A stretch of DNA of 64,000 nucleotides, taken from positions 9,256 to 73,255 of the forward strand of contig JBKJKX010000047.1 of the NCBI GenBank assembly GCA_046597285.1. The letters are read 5' to 3'. The notes under the pieces were generated by a model, which made no database searches, had not been told where the DNA came from, and saw nothing but the letters and a program-made list of their open reading frames with translations. Of this stretch, positions 55,300 to 64,000 are shown in pieces. The translations under genes were made by a program, and so were the position numbers. The stretch's first letter is position 1. Each line of letters begins with the position of its first letter. The DNA is from Algoriphagus sp. (GTDB lineage: Bacteria; Bacteroidota; Bacteroidia; Cytophagales; Cyclobacteriaceae).

Positions 55300-57630
55300 T
55301 TACTTTTTGTTTTTTGCTTTCTGCATTGGGTTGGTTCCGGATGAGGAACCTCTCGGACCGCTCGCATCTTTGAAAAGCTCAAATCGGTTTGGCATATATT
55401 GCCGAGGCCAGTAGTTGCTCGATTCGTCGATATCTGCGGTTTCCCGCTTGGGATCGAGAACCAGTTTGACCAGTTCCTTTTTCTTTGGGAAAACTTTGGT
55501 CACCTGATATTCATTTTTTCTCCAGATTTCGGCAGGAATCCGCTCGATCTCAGATGTGCCGTCAGCATACTGAAATTCCAAAATTACTGGCATCACGAGA
55601 CCTCCGACATTTTTGAACGTGACTTCATAGAAGTTCAGATTGCTGTCCATCACTTCCTTTCCCCTCGGGGAAAGTCCGGCCATGAATTTCTTATATGCTT
55701 CCTCATCTTCCGGAGTTACTGCAAATTGATCGTAGGTCGTGTAGAAATCTCGAGTCGCCGGATCTGCTTCTATTACAGTTTGAGGGACATCCGTTTTGTT
55801 GTAGTCTTTGGAGACAAAAGAATCGTCGCGATCAAACGCAGCTTTAGCTTCTTTTTTCTTTTCCGCAGGAAGTCTGTTATCCAGCTTGAACCATGCTACG
55901 TTTTCGATGGAAATATCAACCGGATCTGTACCATAAAACCAGCCTCTCCAAAACCAATCCAAGTCCACTGCCGAAGCATCTTCCATTGTTCTGAAAAAAT
56001 CGTCCGGCGTAGGATGCTTAAACATCCACCTTCTTGAATATTCTTTGAAGGCGTAATCAAACAACTCACGACCCATTACCGTCTCGCGAAGGATGTTCAA
56101 GGCAGTTGCCGGCTTGGCATACGCATTTGGCCCAAACTGAATGATGTTTTCTGAATTGGTCATGATCGGCTCGAGTTGACTCTTTTCGCTTCTCATATAA
56201 GGGATGATCGCATGTGCCGGACCACGACGGGCAGGAAAATTTCGATCCCATTCTTGCTGCGCCATAAACTGGAGGAAAGTATTCAACCCCTCATCCATCC
56301 AAGTCCATTGTCTTTCGTCAGAGTTCACGATCATCGGGAAATAGTTGTGACCCACTTCGTGAATGATGACTGAGATCATCCCATTTTTCACCGCTTCGGT
56401 GTAGGTTCCGTCGGCGGCGGTCCTTCCGTTGTTGAAACAGATCATAGGATATTCCATCCCGTTGGATGCTTCCACAGAGATAGCGGTCGGATAGGGATAA
56501 TCAAATGTGTGTGCAGAGTAGGATTTGAGTGTATGCGCGACTACCCGGGTAGAAAACTGCTCCCAAAGCGGATTGCTTTCCTTGCTGTAATAAGACATCG
56601 CCATCACATCTTTCCCTGCTTGCTTGACAGCCATCGCATCCCAGATGAATTTTCGGGAAGAAGTCCAAGCAAAGTCCCGAACGTTTTCAGCTTTGAAAAT
56701 CCAAGTCTTTTTGTCTTTGGATTTGCCTTTTTCAAGCTTTTCGGCTTCTGCCTGAGTTCGGATGATAACTGGATTATCGAAGGTCTGCTTTGCTTTATTC
56801 CATCTTTCCAATTCTACCGAAGACAAAACCTGCTCGGGATTCTGCAAGACGCCCGTTGCTCCTACCATGTGATCAGCCGGCACGGTGATTCTCACTTCAT
56901 AGTCTCCAAAAGTTAGTGCAAATTCACCGGAACCCAGGAATTGCTTGTTTTGCCAGCCGTCGAAATCTGAATAAACGGCCATTCTCGGAAACCACTCTGC
57001 CATCGTGTAAAGTGAATTACCATCTCCGGGGAAAAGCTCGTAACCGGAGCGGGCACCAGAAAAGAACAATCTATCGTGAATGTTGAAAGACCAGTTTACT
57101 GCGAAAGTAAAGCTCTCACCGGCCTTCAAAGGCTGAGGAAGATTGATTCGCATCATGGTCTTATTCACAGCAACAGAAAGTGGATTACCCTGAGCATCTT
57201 TGACATCTAGCACTTGATAGGCAAAATCATCATTGTGCCAAAGAATCCCTTCCAGCTTCTTAAGAGACATGTCAGAGCCTATGTTACTTTCGGTCACTTT
57301 AGGTGTATCTGAATCTTTGCTCCGCTGATTTTGATCAAGCTGTACCCAGAGATACGTAAGTTCATCTGGAGAATTATTGACGTAAGTAACCTTCTCAGAA
57401 CCTTTGACCGATCGATTGTCGTCATTGAGTTCAACATCGATCACATAGTTCGCTTTTTGCTGCCAATACTGGTGCCCCGGAGCACCGGAGGCTGTACGAT
57501 AGACATTTGGGGTTCGGAGCATAGGCCCCAACTGCTCAAATCTCACTGCATGATTTTGCTCAGTTTGTTGAGCAAATGCCGGGATAATTCCTAAAATCGC
57601 AGTAATACCGAGTGATAGTAATTTTTTCAT
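55300..57630 (-). CDS. Secreted M1 family zinc aminopeptidase
   Basis: Signal peptide, YRTASGAPGHQYWQQ, GMEYPM, HEVGHNYF...WMDEG (HExxH-x18-E). Confidence 0.94.
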   Translation of the reverse strand: MKKLLSLGITAILGIIPAFAQQTEQNHAVRFEQLGPMLRTPNVYRTASGAPGHQYWQQKANYVIDVELNDDNRSVKGSEKVTYVNNSPDELTYLWVQLDQNQRSKDSDTPKVTESNIGSDMSLKKLEGILWHNDDFAYQVLDVKDAQGNPLSVAVNKTMMRINLPQPLKAGESFTFAVNWSFNIHDRLFFSGARSGYELFPGDGNSLYTMAEWFPRMAVYSDFDGWQNKQFLGSGEFALTFGDYEVRITVPADHMVGATGVLQNPEQVLSSVELERWNKAKQTFDNPVIIRTQAEAEKLEKGKSKDKKTWIFKAENVRDFAWTSSRKFIWDAMAVKQAGKDVMAMSYYSKESNPLWEQFSTRVVAHTLKSYSAHTFDYPYPTAISVEASNGMEYPMICFNNGRTAADGTYTEAVKNGMISVIIHEVGHNYFPMIVNSDERQWTWMDEGLNTFLQFMAQQEWDRNFPARRGPAHAIIPYMRSEKSQLEPIMTNSENIIQFGPNAYAKPATALNILRETVMGRELFDYAFKEYSRRWMFKHPTPDDFFRTMEDASAVDLDWFWRGWFYGTDPVDISIENVAWFKLDNRLPAEKKKEAKAAFDRDDSFVSKDYNKTDVPQTVIEADPATRDFYTTYDQFAVTPEDEEAYKKFMAGLSPRGKEVMDSNLNFYEVTFKNVGGLVMPVILEFQYADGTSEIERIPAEIWRKNEYQVTKVFPKKKELVKLVLDPKRETADIDESSNYWPRQYMPNRFELFKDASGPRGSSSGTNPMQKAKNKK

Positions 57631-57681
57631 ATTTCTTACACTTTCAATTTTCTATTCGTACCTATTTAATGACATCAAAAT

Positions 57682-58263
57682 TTACCAAAACTTAGTTTCC
57701 AACATCAGCATCAATCCTATCCCAAAAACCATGGAGGAAATCACCAATGCCCACTCCCTTCTGCTGATTCCTGCTATTCCTACTACTATGGACGTGATCA
57801 GTAAAAACGCCCCAACTATTACAAGTTGCCCAACTTCCAACCCAACATTAAAAGCTAACAAAGGTTGCCAAAGGCTGGCCTCTTTACCCAATAATTGTCT
57901 CAGATAGTTGGAAAAGCCCAAGCCATGGATCAACCCGAAAAATAGTGCAAAAACATAATTCAGCTGGATACCTCTGCCCGTATTTGGCCTTGGTTTGAGA
58001 ATCGTGACAAAAGCAGTGATAGCGATGGTAACCGGAATCAAAAATTCGATAACATCAGTTCGTACATTGAAGACCTTGAAAGTCGCAAGCGCTAACGTGA
58101 GAGAGTGACCTAACGTAAAGGCGGTGACCAAAATGAGAATTTTCTTCCAGTCTCTTGGAATGAAAACAGCACAAAGTGCCAAGACGAAAAGGATATGATC
58201 ATAGCCCTGAACATTAAGGATATGCTGCCATCCCAGACGGAAATACAATTGAAAGGAATTCAT
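57682..58263 (-). CDS. HupE/UreJ family membrane protein
   Basis: HIL...YDHILF, AFTLGHS, FGLIHGLGF, FNVGLEVGQ. Confidence 0.92.
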   Translation of the reverse strand: MNSFQLYFRLGWQHILNVQGYDHILFVLALCAVFIPRDWKKILILVTAFTLGHSLTLALATFKVFNVRTDVIEFLIPVTIAITAFVTILKPRPNTGRGIQLNYVFALFFGLIHGLGFSNYLRQLLGKEASLWQPLLAFNVGLEVGQLVIVGAFLLITSIVVGIAGISRREWALVISSMVFGIGLMLMLETKFW

Positions 58264-58346
58264 AAATCAAGTGAAATACTTCAAAAGAAGTAATTTGGCG
58301 CAATAATACAGGTTTATTAGCAGAAAAGACAAAGGACTCAGACCAA

Positions 58347-58838
58347 ATGCAACTCATTTACACTTACTTGATTCCGCTGGGATGGATGGTTATTTTTCAC
58401 CCTTTCCACATCAGTCTGACAGAGATCCGACAAAACCAGGAAAGCAAAAAACTCGAGATCGCTCAGAAGATTTTTTGGGATGATCTGGAAATTGGGCTCA
58501 AGGAATTTCATGCCGTAGAAATCGACTTCCTCAATCCAAAAGAACCGGAAAAGCTAAAGTCACAAGTCAATGATTACTTATTTTCAGTCAATGAAATCCG
58601 AATCGATGGGAAAAAAGTAAGTTTCAAAATGCTTGGATATGAAGTGGAAGAGGACGCCGTCTGGTTTTACTTTGAATCGGATCCGGTCAATTGGAAAAGC
58701 AAAATAGAAGTCAGAAATGCAGTTTTGATAGAAAGTTATCCTGACCAGCAAAACATCATTCATGTCTATAAACCCGGTAAAAATCTGAAAAGTCTTCTCC
58801 TCGGCAAGGGAAATGACAAGGGAATTCTAGCGTTTTAA
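58347..58838 (+). CDS. DUF6702-like exported protein
   Basis: Hydrophobic N-terminus followed by HPFHISLTEI, IFWDDLE, QQNIIH. Confidence 0.78.
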   Translation: MQLIYTYLIPLGWMVIFHPFHISLTEIRQNQESKKLEIAQKIFWDDLEIGLKEFHAVEIDFLNPKEPEKLKSQVNDYLFSVNEIRIDGKKVSFKMLGYEVEEDAVWFYFESDPVNWKSKIEVRNAVLIESYPDQQNIIHVYKPGKNLKSLLLGKGNDKGILAF

Positions 58839-58867
58839 ATATCAAAAATTACCACTGTTAAGTTAAG

Positions 58868-59422
58868 CTAGACACCCATGCTCAAATCCAACTTTGAAAA
58901 AGAAATCCAGTGGCCTTCTATTCTTTTGAGTAAGTGGATCTCAGCAACAAAATATTCTTCCTGAATGGATCTCTTTTTAGCCAGATTCAGAATTCCGTCA
59001 AAGTGGATTTCTTTCAAATCTTTGAAAGCAATTGTCATGTGGGGGTGGAAATTCCTGTCACTCAGTTCATCTACCAGGTTCAATTCTCTTTTGCAAAACT
59101 CCTTTAGTGCTGACTGCAATTTGATCAAAAGCACATCTGATTTTACTTTTATAAAAATCACCCGTTTTCCAAAAATATCAACTCCCCCGAGCGTAATAGG
59201 AAAGCCTTCAAATTGTATCGTAAATTTTCGAAGGGCCTGAATCAGCTTTTCTTCTTTTGCCTCATTGTAACTAAAAGGCATCTTTAAGGTCACATGAGCC
59301 GGGGATTTTAGCGCGTATTTAACGTTGAATTTTTCTTTGATCTCATTTTTAATTTCGATACAATTTTCCTGGATCAAACCTTCAGGAACAATCGCTAAAA
59401 AATACTTCTGCATTACTTTCAT
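58868..59422 (-). CDS. 2H phosphoesterase (2'-5' RNA ligase family)
   Basis: Two HxT motifs, AHVTL and PHMTI. Confidence 0.9.
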   Translation of the reverse strand: MKVMQKYFLAIVPEGLIQENCIEIKNEIKEKFNVKYALKSPAHVTLKMPFSYNEAKEEKLIQALRKFTIQFEGFPITLGGVDIFGKRVIFIKVKSDVLLIKLQSALKEFCKRELNLVDELSDRNFHPHMTIAFKDLKEIHFDGILNLAKKRSIQEEYFVAEIHLLKRIEGHWISFSKLDLSMGV

Positions 59423-59468
59423 TCTGTAAAATAACGGCTAAGCGACCTTTTTGAAGCCCATGAAAAAA

Positions 59469-60386
59469 CTATTTTTCTTTAGTCAGGTAAAAACAAACCT
59501 GATCTCCTTTTCCTTCCTGATTAAATTTGTTGGCTTTTTCGGTAAACCTTTTCATTGTTTCTAGATCAAAATGCTTCCCAAGTGTTCTCTGATCCAACGG
59601 AAGTCCTTTTTCATAAAGTTCCGTGCCCCAAAACTGAATTCCTGTTGAGTCAAATTCAACTTCATCTAACCTGAAGCCGACCTTTTCGGCCAAAACTCTA
59701 AACCCTTGAACCGAGGGGATTATCAAATGTCTTGGTGCATCAAGCTGAACCCACAATTCTCGTTTTGCTTTCCATACCGCTCCAGCTGTGACAGGAGTTC
59801 GAATCAGTAATTTCCCGCCGGAATTTAACTTTTCAAAACAAACTTCCAGAATCTGACTGGGGATTTCCATGTGTTCAAAAGCGTGGTGCATCATGATCAG
59901 ATCAAACTTCAGATCGGTTTCCTCGATTTTTTTTTTATTAAGTTGGAGTGAGGAATTGATTCTCTGTGTCTTTTCAATAAATGGATCAAAACCATGCAAA
60001 TCTCGATAACCTGAGGCAAAGAGCTCATATAGTAGTTGGCCATTTCCACAGCCTACATCTGCTATTTTGGCACCGAATCCCCTATGAACCTTCTTTAACC
60101 AATACCCATAACTCGGCTCTAATTTTGAAATGCCGGTCAACAAAAACCCCCTCATTCGGATGTTTTTAAGAATGCGGGTTTTCAAATCTGACTTATTCAA
60201 CTTGTTGAATGAGTAATAAGCAGCGTTGGAATAATAAGGTGAAAGATCTTCAGGAATATTTTCAAGTTGAAGGGATCCGCAGTTGAGGCATTCAGCATAA
60301 AAGAACTCGCCCCCCATTCCAAACATTCTCTCTTTTGCTTCAAAAAGTACTTGATTGCTACTCCCGCAAAACTTGCATTCTCCCAT
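59469..60386 (-). CDS. Class I SAM-dependent methyltransferase with an N-terminal zinc ribbon
   Basis: CKFCG...CLNCG, DVGCGNG, HAFEH, WVQLDAPRHL. Confidence 0.88.
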   Translation of the reverse strand: MGECKFCGSSNQVLFEAKERMFGMGGEFFYAECLNCGSLQLENIPEDLSPYYSNAAYYSFNKLNKSDLKTRILKNIRMRGFLLTGISKLEPSYGYWLKKVHRGFGAKIADVGCGNGQLLYELFASGYRDLHGFDPFIEKTQRINSSLQLNKKKIEETDLKFDLIMMHHAFEHMEIPSQILEVCFEKLNSGGKLLIRTPVTAGAVWKAKRELWVQLDAPRHLIIPSVQGFRVLAEKVGFRLDEVEFDSTGIQFWGTELYEKGLPLDQRTLGKHFDLETMKRFTEKANKFNQEGKGDQVCFYLTKEK

Positions 60387-60389
60387 TTG

Positions 60390-61760
60390 TCAATATGCGT
60401 TTTCTCTGTTGAAAACCAGTTCATAAACGGTCTTCACCATTATTCCCATATCCAAGAGAAAAGTCCAGTTGTTAATGTAAAAAGAGTCAAGACGAACCCT
60501 GGAGCGAATCTGATGCGGGTTTTCTATTTCCCCTCGGAAACCTCTCACTTGAGCTAGACCGGTTATTCCCGGACGGATTTTATGCCTTGCGTTATAGCGC
60601 TCAATCTGAGTTTTAAAAGTCTGATTCATTGAAATCGTATGTGGTCTCGGACCTACGATAGACATATCTCCCAGAAGCACATTCAGAAATTGTGGCATTT
60701 CATCCATAGAATAATTCCTGAGGAATGATCCAATTTTGGTTACTCTTGGATCATTTTTGATGGCTTGTTTGACATCCGAATAATCATTTGGTGTCATCGA
60801 TCTAAATTTCAAACAATTGAATTCTGTATTGTTTACTCCGTTCCTTTTCTGGATGAAAAACACCGGACCTTTTGATTCCAACTTGATTAGAATCCCAACT
60901 AAGGGAATCAGCCAAGAAAGGATGAACACCGTAACAAGACTAGCAAAAACGACATCAAATGTTCTCTTTGCTATGGCATTGAAGACATTGTCAAGGGGAA
61001 TTTCATTGACGTTAATGACAAAGAAATCTCCGTACCGGGAAAATGATAAGTTCTTCTCCAACTGCAAACTTCCCCCGGGAATCATTTTGACTTTGATGTA
61101 ATTTTCATCAGCAAAGTCAATGACAGTTTTTACCAACGCTGGATCCAAATACTCGTGGATATAAATAAGGTCTAAATCCAGGCTGGGAGCATCCTCAAAA
61201 AACTGGGAAATGTTACCTCTTGTGTGACGGCAATCTGCCTTGTCGTCAAAGTATCCCAAAAAGTTGATTCCAAAATCTTTTCTGATTCGGAATACATCTG
61301 CAAGTTTCGGGCTTGTTCCCCCTTTACCAACTATAATTGCATTTCTATAGTTATTGCCTTGGGCACGATATCTCTTGAGTATTATTTGAACTGACACTCT
61401 GAAAATTCCCATCAAAACCAACATTCCTAAACCTAAAGCCAAAACAGGAACAATCTCAAGGGTTGGGGGATGAAGCGGAATCCATAAAATAGCTGTGAGT
61501 CCGGTAAACCATAAAACGGTTACAATTAATTGCTTAAATGTATTTTCGTATTCGGCTGTTCGTCCAATTCTATGGTCTTTGCGAAGGCCAGAAATAAGAG
61601 CCCACAAAAGAGAAAGCGGAAGGAATGCTTCAAAATTAATTTCTTCGAATAATCCGGTAGCTTGGAAAATTAAAAACCATAAAAACAAAGAAAGGACTGA
61701 AGCTAAAAAGTCAAATGCCGAAAACAGCCAAGGAAAATAGTTATCAAATCTTCTCTTCAT
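60390..61760 (-). CDS. Undecaprenyl-phosphate glucose phosphotransferase (WcaJ-like priming glycosyltransferase)
   Basis: N-terminal TMs, CoA-binding-like domain, KRTFD, KFRSM, DPRVTKIG, DEMPQFLNVL.GDMSIVGPRP, PGITGLAQV. Confidence 0.93.
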   Translation of the reverse strand: MKRRFDNYFPWLFSAFDFLASVLSLFLWFLIFQATGLFEEINFEAFLPLSLLWALISGLRKDHRIGRTAEYENTFKQLIVTVLWFTGLTAILWIPLHPPTLEIVPVLALGLGMLVLMGIFRVSVQIILKRYRAQGNNYRNAIIVGKGGTSPKLADVFRIRKDFGINFLGYFDDKADCRHTRGNISQFFEDAPSLDLDLIYIHEYLDPALVKTVIDFADENYIKVKMIPGGSLQLEKNLSFSRYGDFFVINVNEIPLDNVFNAIAKRTFDVVFASLVTVFILSWLIPLVGILIKLESKGPVFFIQKRNGVNNTEFNCLKFRSMTPNDYSDVKQAIKNDPRVTKIGSFLRNYSMDEMPQFLNVLLGDMSIVGPRPHTISMNQTFKTQIERYNARHKIRPGITGLAQVRGFRGEIENPHQIRSRVRLDSFYINNWTFLLDMGIMVKTVYELVFNRENAY

Positions 61761-61873
61761 AAAAGTGCAAAAGCAAACAATTTATAAATCTTTCAAAAAC
61801 CAAGCTAGATTTGCAAGTCTAAGGTTTGGATAGATTCTAAATTAAAATTACTAAAAGAATCATCAAGCCTAAT

Positions 61874-61881
61874 TACTTTTG
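61874..61881 (+). promoter_or_regulatory. Bacteroidota -7 promoter element (TACTTTTG)
   Basis: Exact TAnnTTTG match about 35 bp upstream of the ATG at 61916. Confidence 0.5.
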
Positions 61882-61915
61882 CATTTATTTTACCGAATTG
61901 CCTGGCAGGCCCATC

Positions 61916-62587
61916 ATGAGTTTTATTTCCGATTTATTTGCTTCCTCCGACAATCCCAAATCTTTGGGAGCTAAGTTCCGAAACCGACGACTTCATGATT
62001 TTGAAGGGTTATTTTTTAACAATTTCTCTCCAGACCAACCTCTCCGAATACTAGATGTAGGCGGCACAGGTTATTTCTGGGAAAATAGCTGTTTACCAAA
62101 ACTCAAGCAAATTGAGATTGTTCTCCTCAATCTTCATGAAGAAGAAATCAATCATCCGACCATTCGAAGTGTAAGAGGCGATGCGGTTGCTATGCCGGAA
62201 TTTGGCGACAAAAGCTTTGATTTGGTCTTCTCAAATTCTGTAATTGAACACGTCTACACGCTGGAAAATCAACAAAAAATGGCTGATGAAATCATGCGTG
62301 TCAGTAATAAATTTTTCATCCAGACACCCAACCGAACTTTTCCTATCGAGGCGCATTATGCACTTCCTTATGCTCAATATATGCCTAAAAAGTTTATTTA
62401 TTTTTTACTTACCAAAACTAAGATGAGTCGCCTGAATAAATGGAAACCGGAAGATGCTCAGCAGTATTTAGATGAAATACGGCTATTGGACGAAGAGCAG
62501 CTCAGACAATTATTCCCTCAAGCTGAGATTTACAAGGAAAAACTCCTTGGATTGGTGAAATCATTTGCGGCCCATAACTTGGGTTAA
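61916..62587 (+). CDS. Class I SAM-dependent methyltransferase
   Basis: LDVGGT, FDLVFSNSVIEHV, QTPNRTFPIEAH. ATG at 61916 (the track starts at TTG 61898). Confidence 0.88.
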   Translation: MSFISDLFASSDNPKSLGAKFRNRRLHDFEGLFFNNFSPDQPLRILDVGGTGYFWENSCLPKLKQIEIVLLNLHEEEINHPTIRSVRGDAVAMPEFGDKSFDLVFSNSVIEHVYTLENQQKMADEIMRVSNKFFIQTPNRTFPIEAHYALPYAQYMPKKFIYFLLTKTKMSRLNKWKPEDAQQYLDEIRLLDEEQLRQLFPQAEIYKEKLLGLVKSFAAHNLG

Positions 62588-64000
62588 TCCGCAAATTGAA
62601 GTCTGACAAGATTCGCATAGAATCCGTCCTCTTTTGCAAGCAGATCTAGGTGATGGCCCTGCTCTACGATCTCACCATCTTTCAAAACATAGATCCGATC
62701 CACTTTGCGTATGGTAGCTAATCTGTGTGCAATTATGATGGTTGTCCTACCTTTCATCAGCTCGTCCAAAGCCTCCTGAACCAGAGCCTCAGATTCTGCA
62801 TCGAGCGAGGAGGTCGCTTCGTCTAAAATCAAGATAGATGGATCTTTTAAAATAGCCCTTGCAATCGCTACCCGTTGTCTTTGTCCTCCGGAAAGTTTCA
62901 CTCCCCGCTCCCCGACCAGCGTATCTAGTCCTTCAGGAAATTTGCTGATAAACTGCCATGCATTTGCTTTTTTTGCAGCAAGTATAAGTTCTTCCTCGGT
63001 TGCTGATGGCTTGGCATAGGCGATATTCTCACGAATCGATCCCCCAAAAAGCAATACTTCTTGTGGCACCATTCCAATATGACTTCGAAGGATATGTAGA
63101 TCCCAGTTTTTCAATTCTTTGTCATCGACCAGAATTCTACCCTTTTCCAACTCATAAAAGCGAAGAAGCAACTGGATAATCGTGGATTTTCCTGCACCGG
63201 AATGACCGACAAGGGCAACTTTCTCTCCCGGTTGAACTTCGAATGAGACGCGCTTCAGAACCTCAGCTTCAGGCCGTGTCGGATACTGGAAACGCACATT
63301 TTCAAACGTGATTTTTCCCAGAAAATCTTCCTCTATCATTCCTTTGGTTGATTCAGGTTCCTCCTCAAGGATTTCTAAAACACGCTCAGAGGAACCGATC
63401 GCTTTTTGAACTTGGCCGTAAATATCTCCCAAACCTGCAATCGATCCACCGATGAAGGTGGTGTAAAGGACGAAGGAAACCAGATCTCCCACACTCATTT
63501 CACCAGAACTTACCAGGCTTGCACCGTACCACATCACAGCGACAATGCCTCCAAAAAGTGCAAAAATAATAAAGGAAATAAATGCACCGCGATATTTGGC
63601 TCCTTTGAGAGCTACTGCTACTACTCTGTTGAGTCCGCTTCCGTACCGCTGTGATTCATATGCTTCACCTACGAAAGATTTTACGGTTGAGATGGATTGA
63701 AGTGTCTCCTCCACGATCACATTTGCTGCCGCCAATTCGTCCTGAGTTTTCTTGGAGAGTTTTCGGATGAATTTTCCAAAAACCATCGCTATCACTACCA
63801 AGACAGGAAAAGTCAACAACATGAAAAGAGTCAATCTTGGAGTCGTAAACAGCAAAAAAGCAACCCCGGCAACCAGCGTGATGACTTGTCTGAAAAGCTC
63901 AGCCAAAGTCACCGAAAAGGTATCCTGAAGTAAACTGACATCTGAAGTAATCCGGCTGATGAGTTCTCCGGTTCTTCTTTTATCAAAGAAAGTCATCGGC
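62584..64000 (-). CDS. ABC transporter, fused TM + ATPase (MsbA-like exporter); 5' end lies outside the window
   Basis: TM domain, Walker A GHSGAGKST, signature LSGGQRQR, LDEATSSLD, IAHRL. Confidence 0.95.
   Translation of the reverse strand, partial: PMTFFDKRRTGELISRITSDVSLLQDTFSVTLAELFRQVITLVAGVAFLLFTTPRLTLFMLLTFPVLVVIAMVFGKFIRKLSKKTQDELAAANVIVEETLQSISTVKSFVGEAYESQRYGSGLNRVVAVALKGAKYRGAFISFIIFALFGGIVAVMWYGASLVSSGEMSVGDLVSFVLYTTFIGGSIAGLGDIYGQVQKAIGSSERVLEILEEEPESTKGMIEEDFLGKITFENVRFQYPTRPEAEVLKRVSFEVQPGEKVALVGHSGAGKSTIIQLLLRFYELEKGRILVDDKELKNWDLHILRSHIGMVPQEVLLFGGSIRENIAYAKPSATEEELILAAKKANAWQFISKFPEGLDTLVGERGVKLSGGQRQRVAIARAILKDPSILILDEATSSLDAESEALVQEALDELMKGRTTIIIAHRLATIRKVDRIYVLKDGEIVEQGHHLDLLAKEDGFYANLVRLQFAD

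Noticed and set aside
55399-56037. 212-aa plus-strand ORF
   Set aside because: Antisense to the M1 aminopeptidase, with atypical composition
1-64000. CRISPR array, tRNA/rRNA, prophage, intact IS or defence island
   Set aside because: By eye I found no regularly spaced repeats, cloverleaf or rRNA signatures, and no integrase, transposase, capsid or restriction-modification motifs; tRNAscan-SE and Infernal were not run

Overview
A 64-kb AT-rich chromosomal segment from a Bacteroidota bacterium. The gene families and TAnnTTTG-type promoters suggest Cytophagales, probably Cyclobacteriaceae (Algoriphagus-like); this is inference. It is mostly housekeeping and envelope genes: aspS, purK/purE, rluF, an rluE-like gene, rlmH, slyD, wecB, RND efflux components, two TonB-dependent receptors, many peptidases (M23, metzincin, S41/tricorn, M20D, M1) and scattered surface-polysaccharide genes. 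I saw no tRNA, rRNA, CRISPR array, prophage or intact IS. The best leads are: (1) a four-gene type III PKS / SAM methyltransferase / UbiA prenyltransferase / FAD oxidoreductase cluster (24830-28723), a candidate prenylated or alkyl phenolic-quinone lipid pathway; (2) a nearby nitroreductase with the full iodotyrosine-deiodinase signature; (3) an 11-bp-period TGTTA-N6-TGTTA motif upstream of both TonB-receptor loci and of a secreted Cys-His-Glu protein, two copies being 17/18 identical; (4) small ORFs missed by the track, including a 58-aa protein ending in a ribonucleotide-reductase-like CxxCGS tail; (5) two His/metal-themed modules; (6) a frameshifted DUF481-like remnant and a degenerate REP-like palindrome patch. 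All family assignments come from motif recognition by eye, not database searches.
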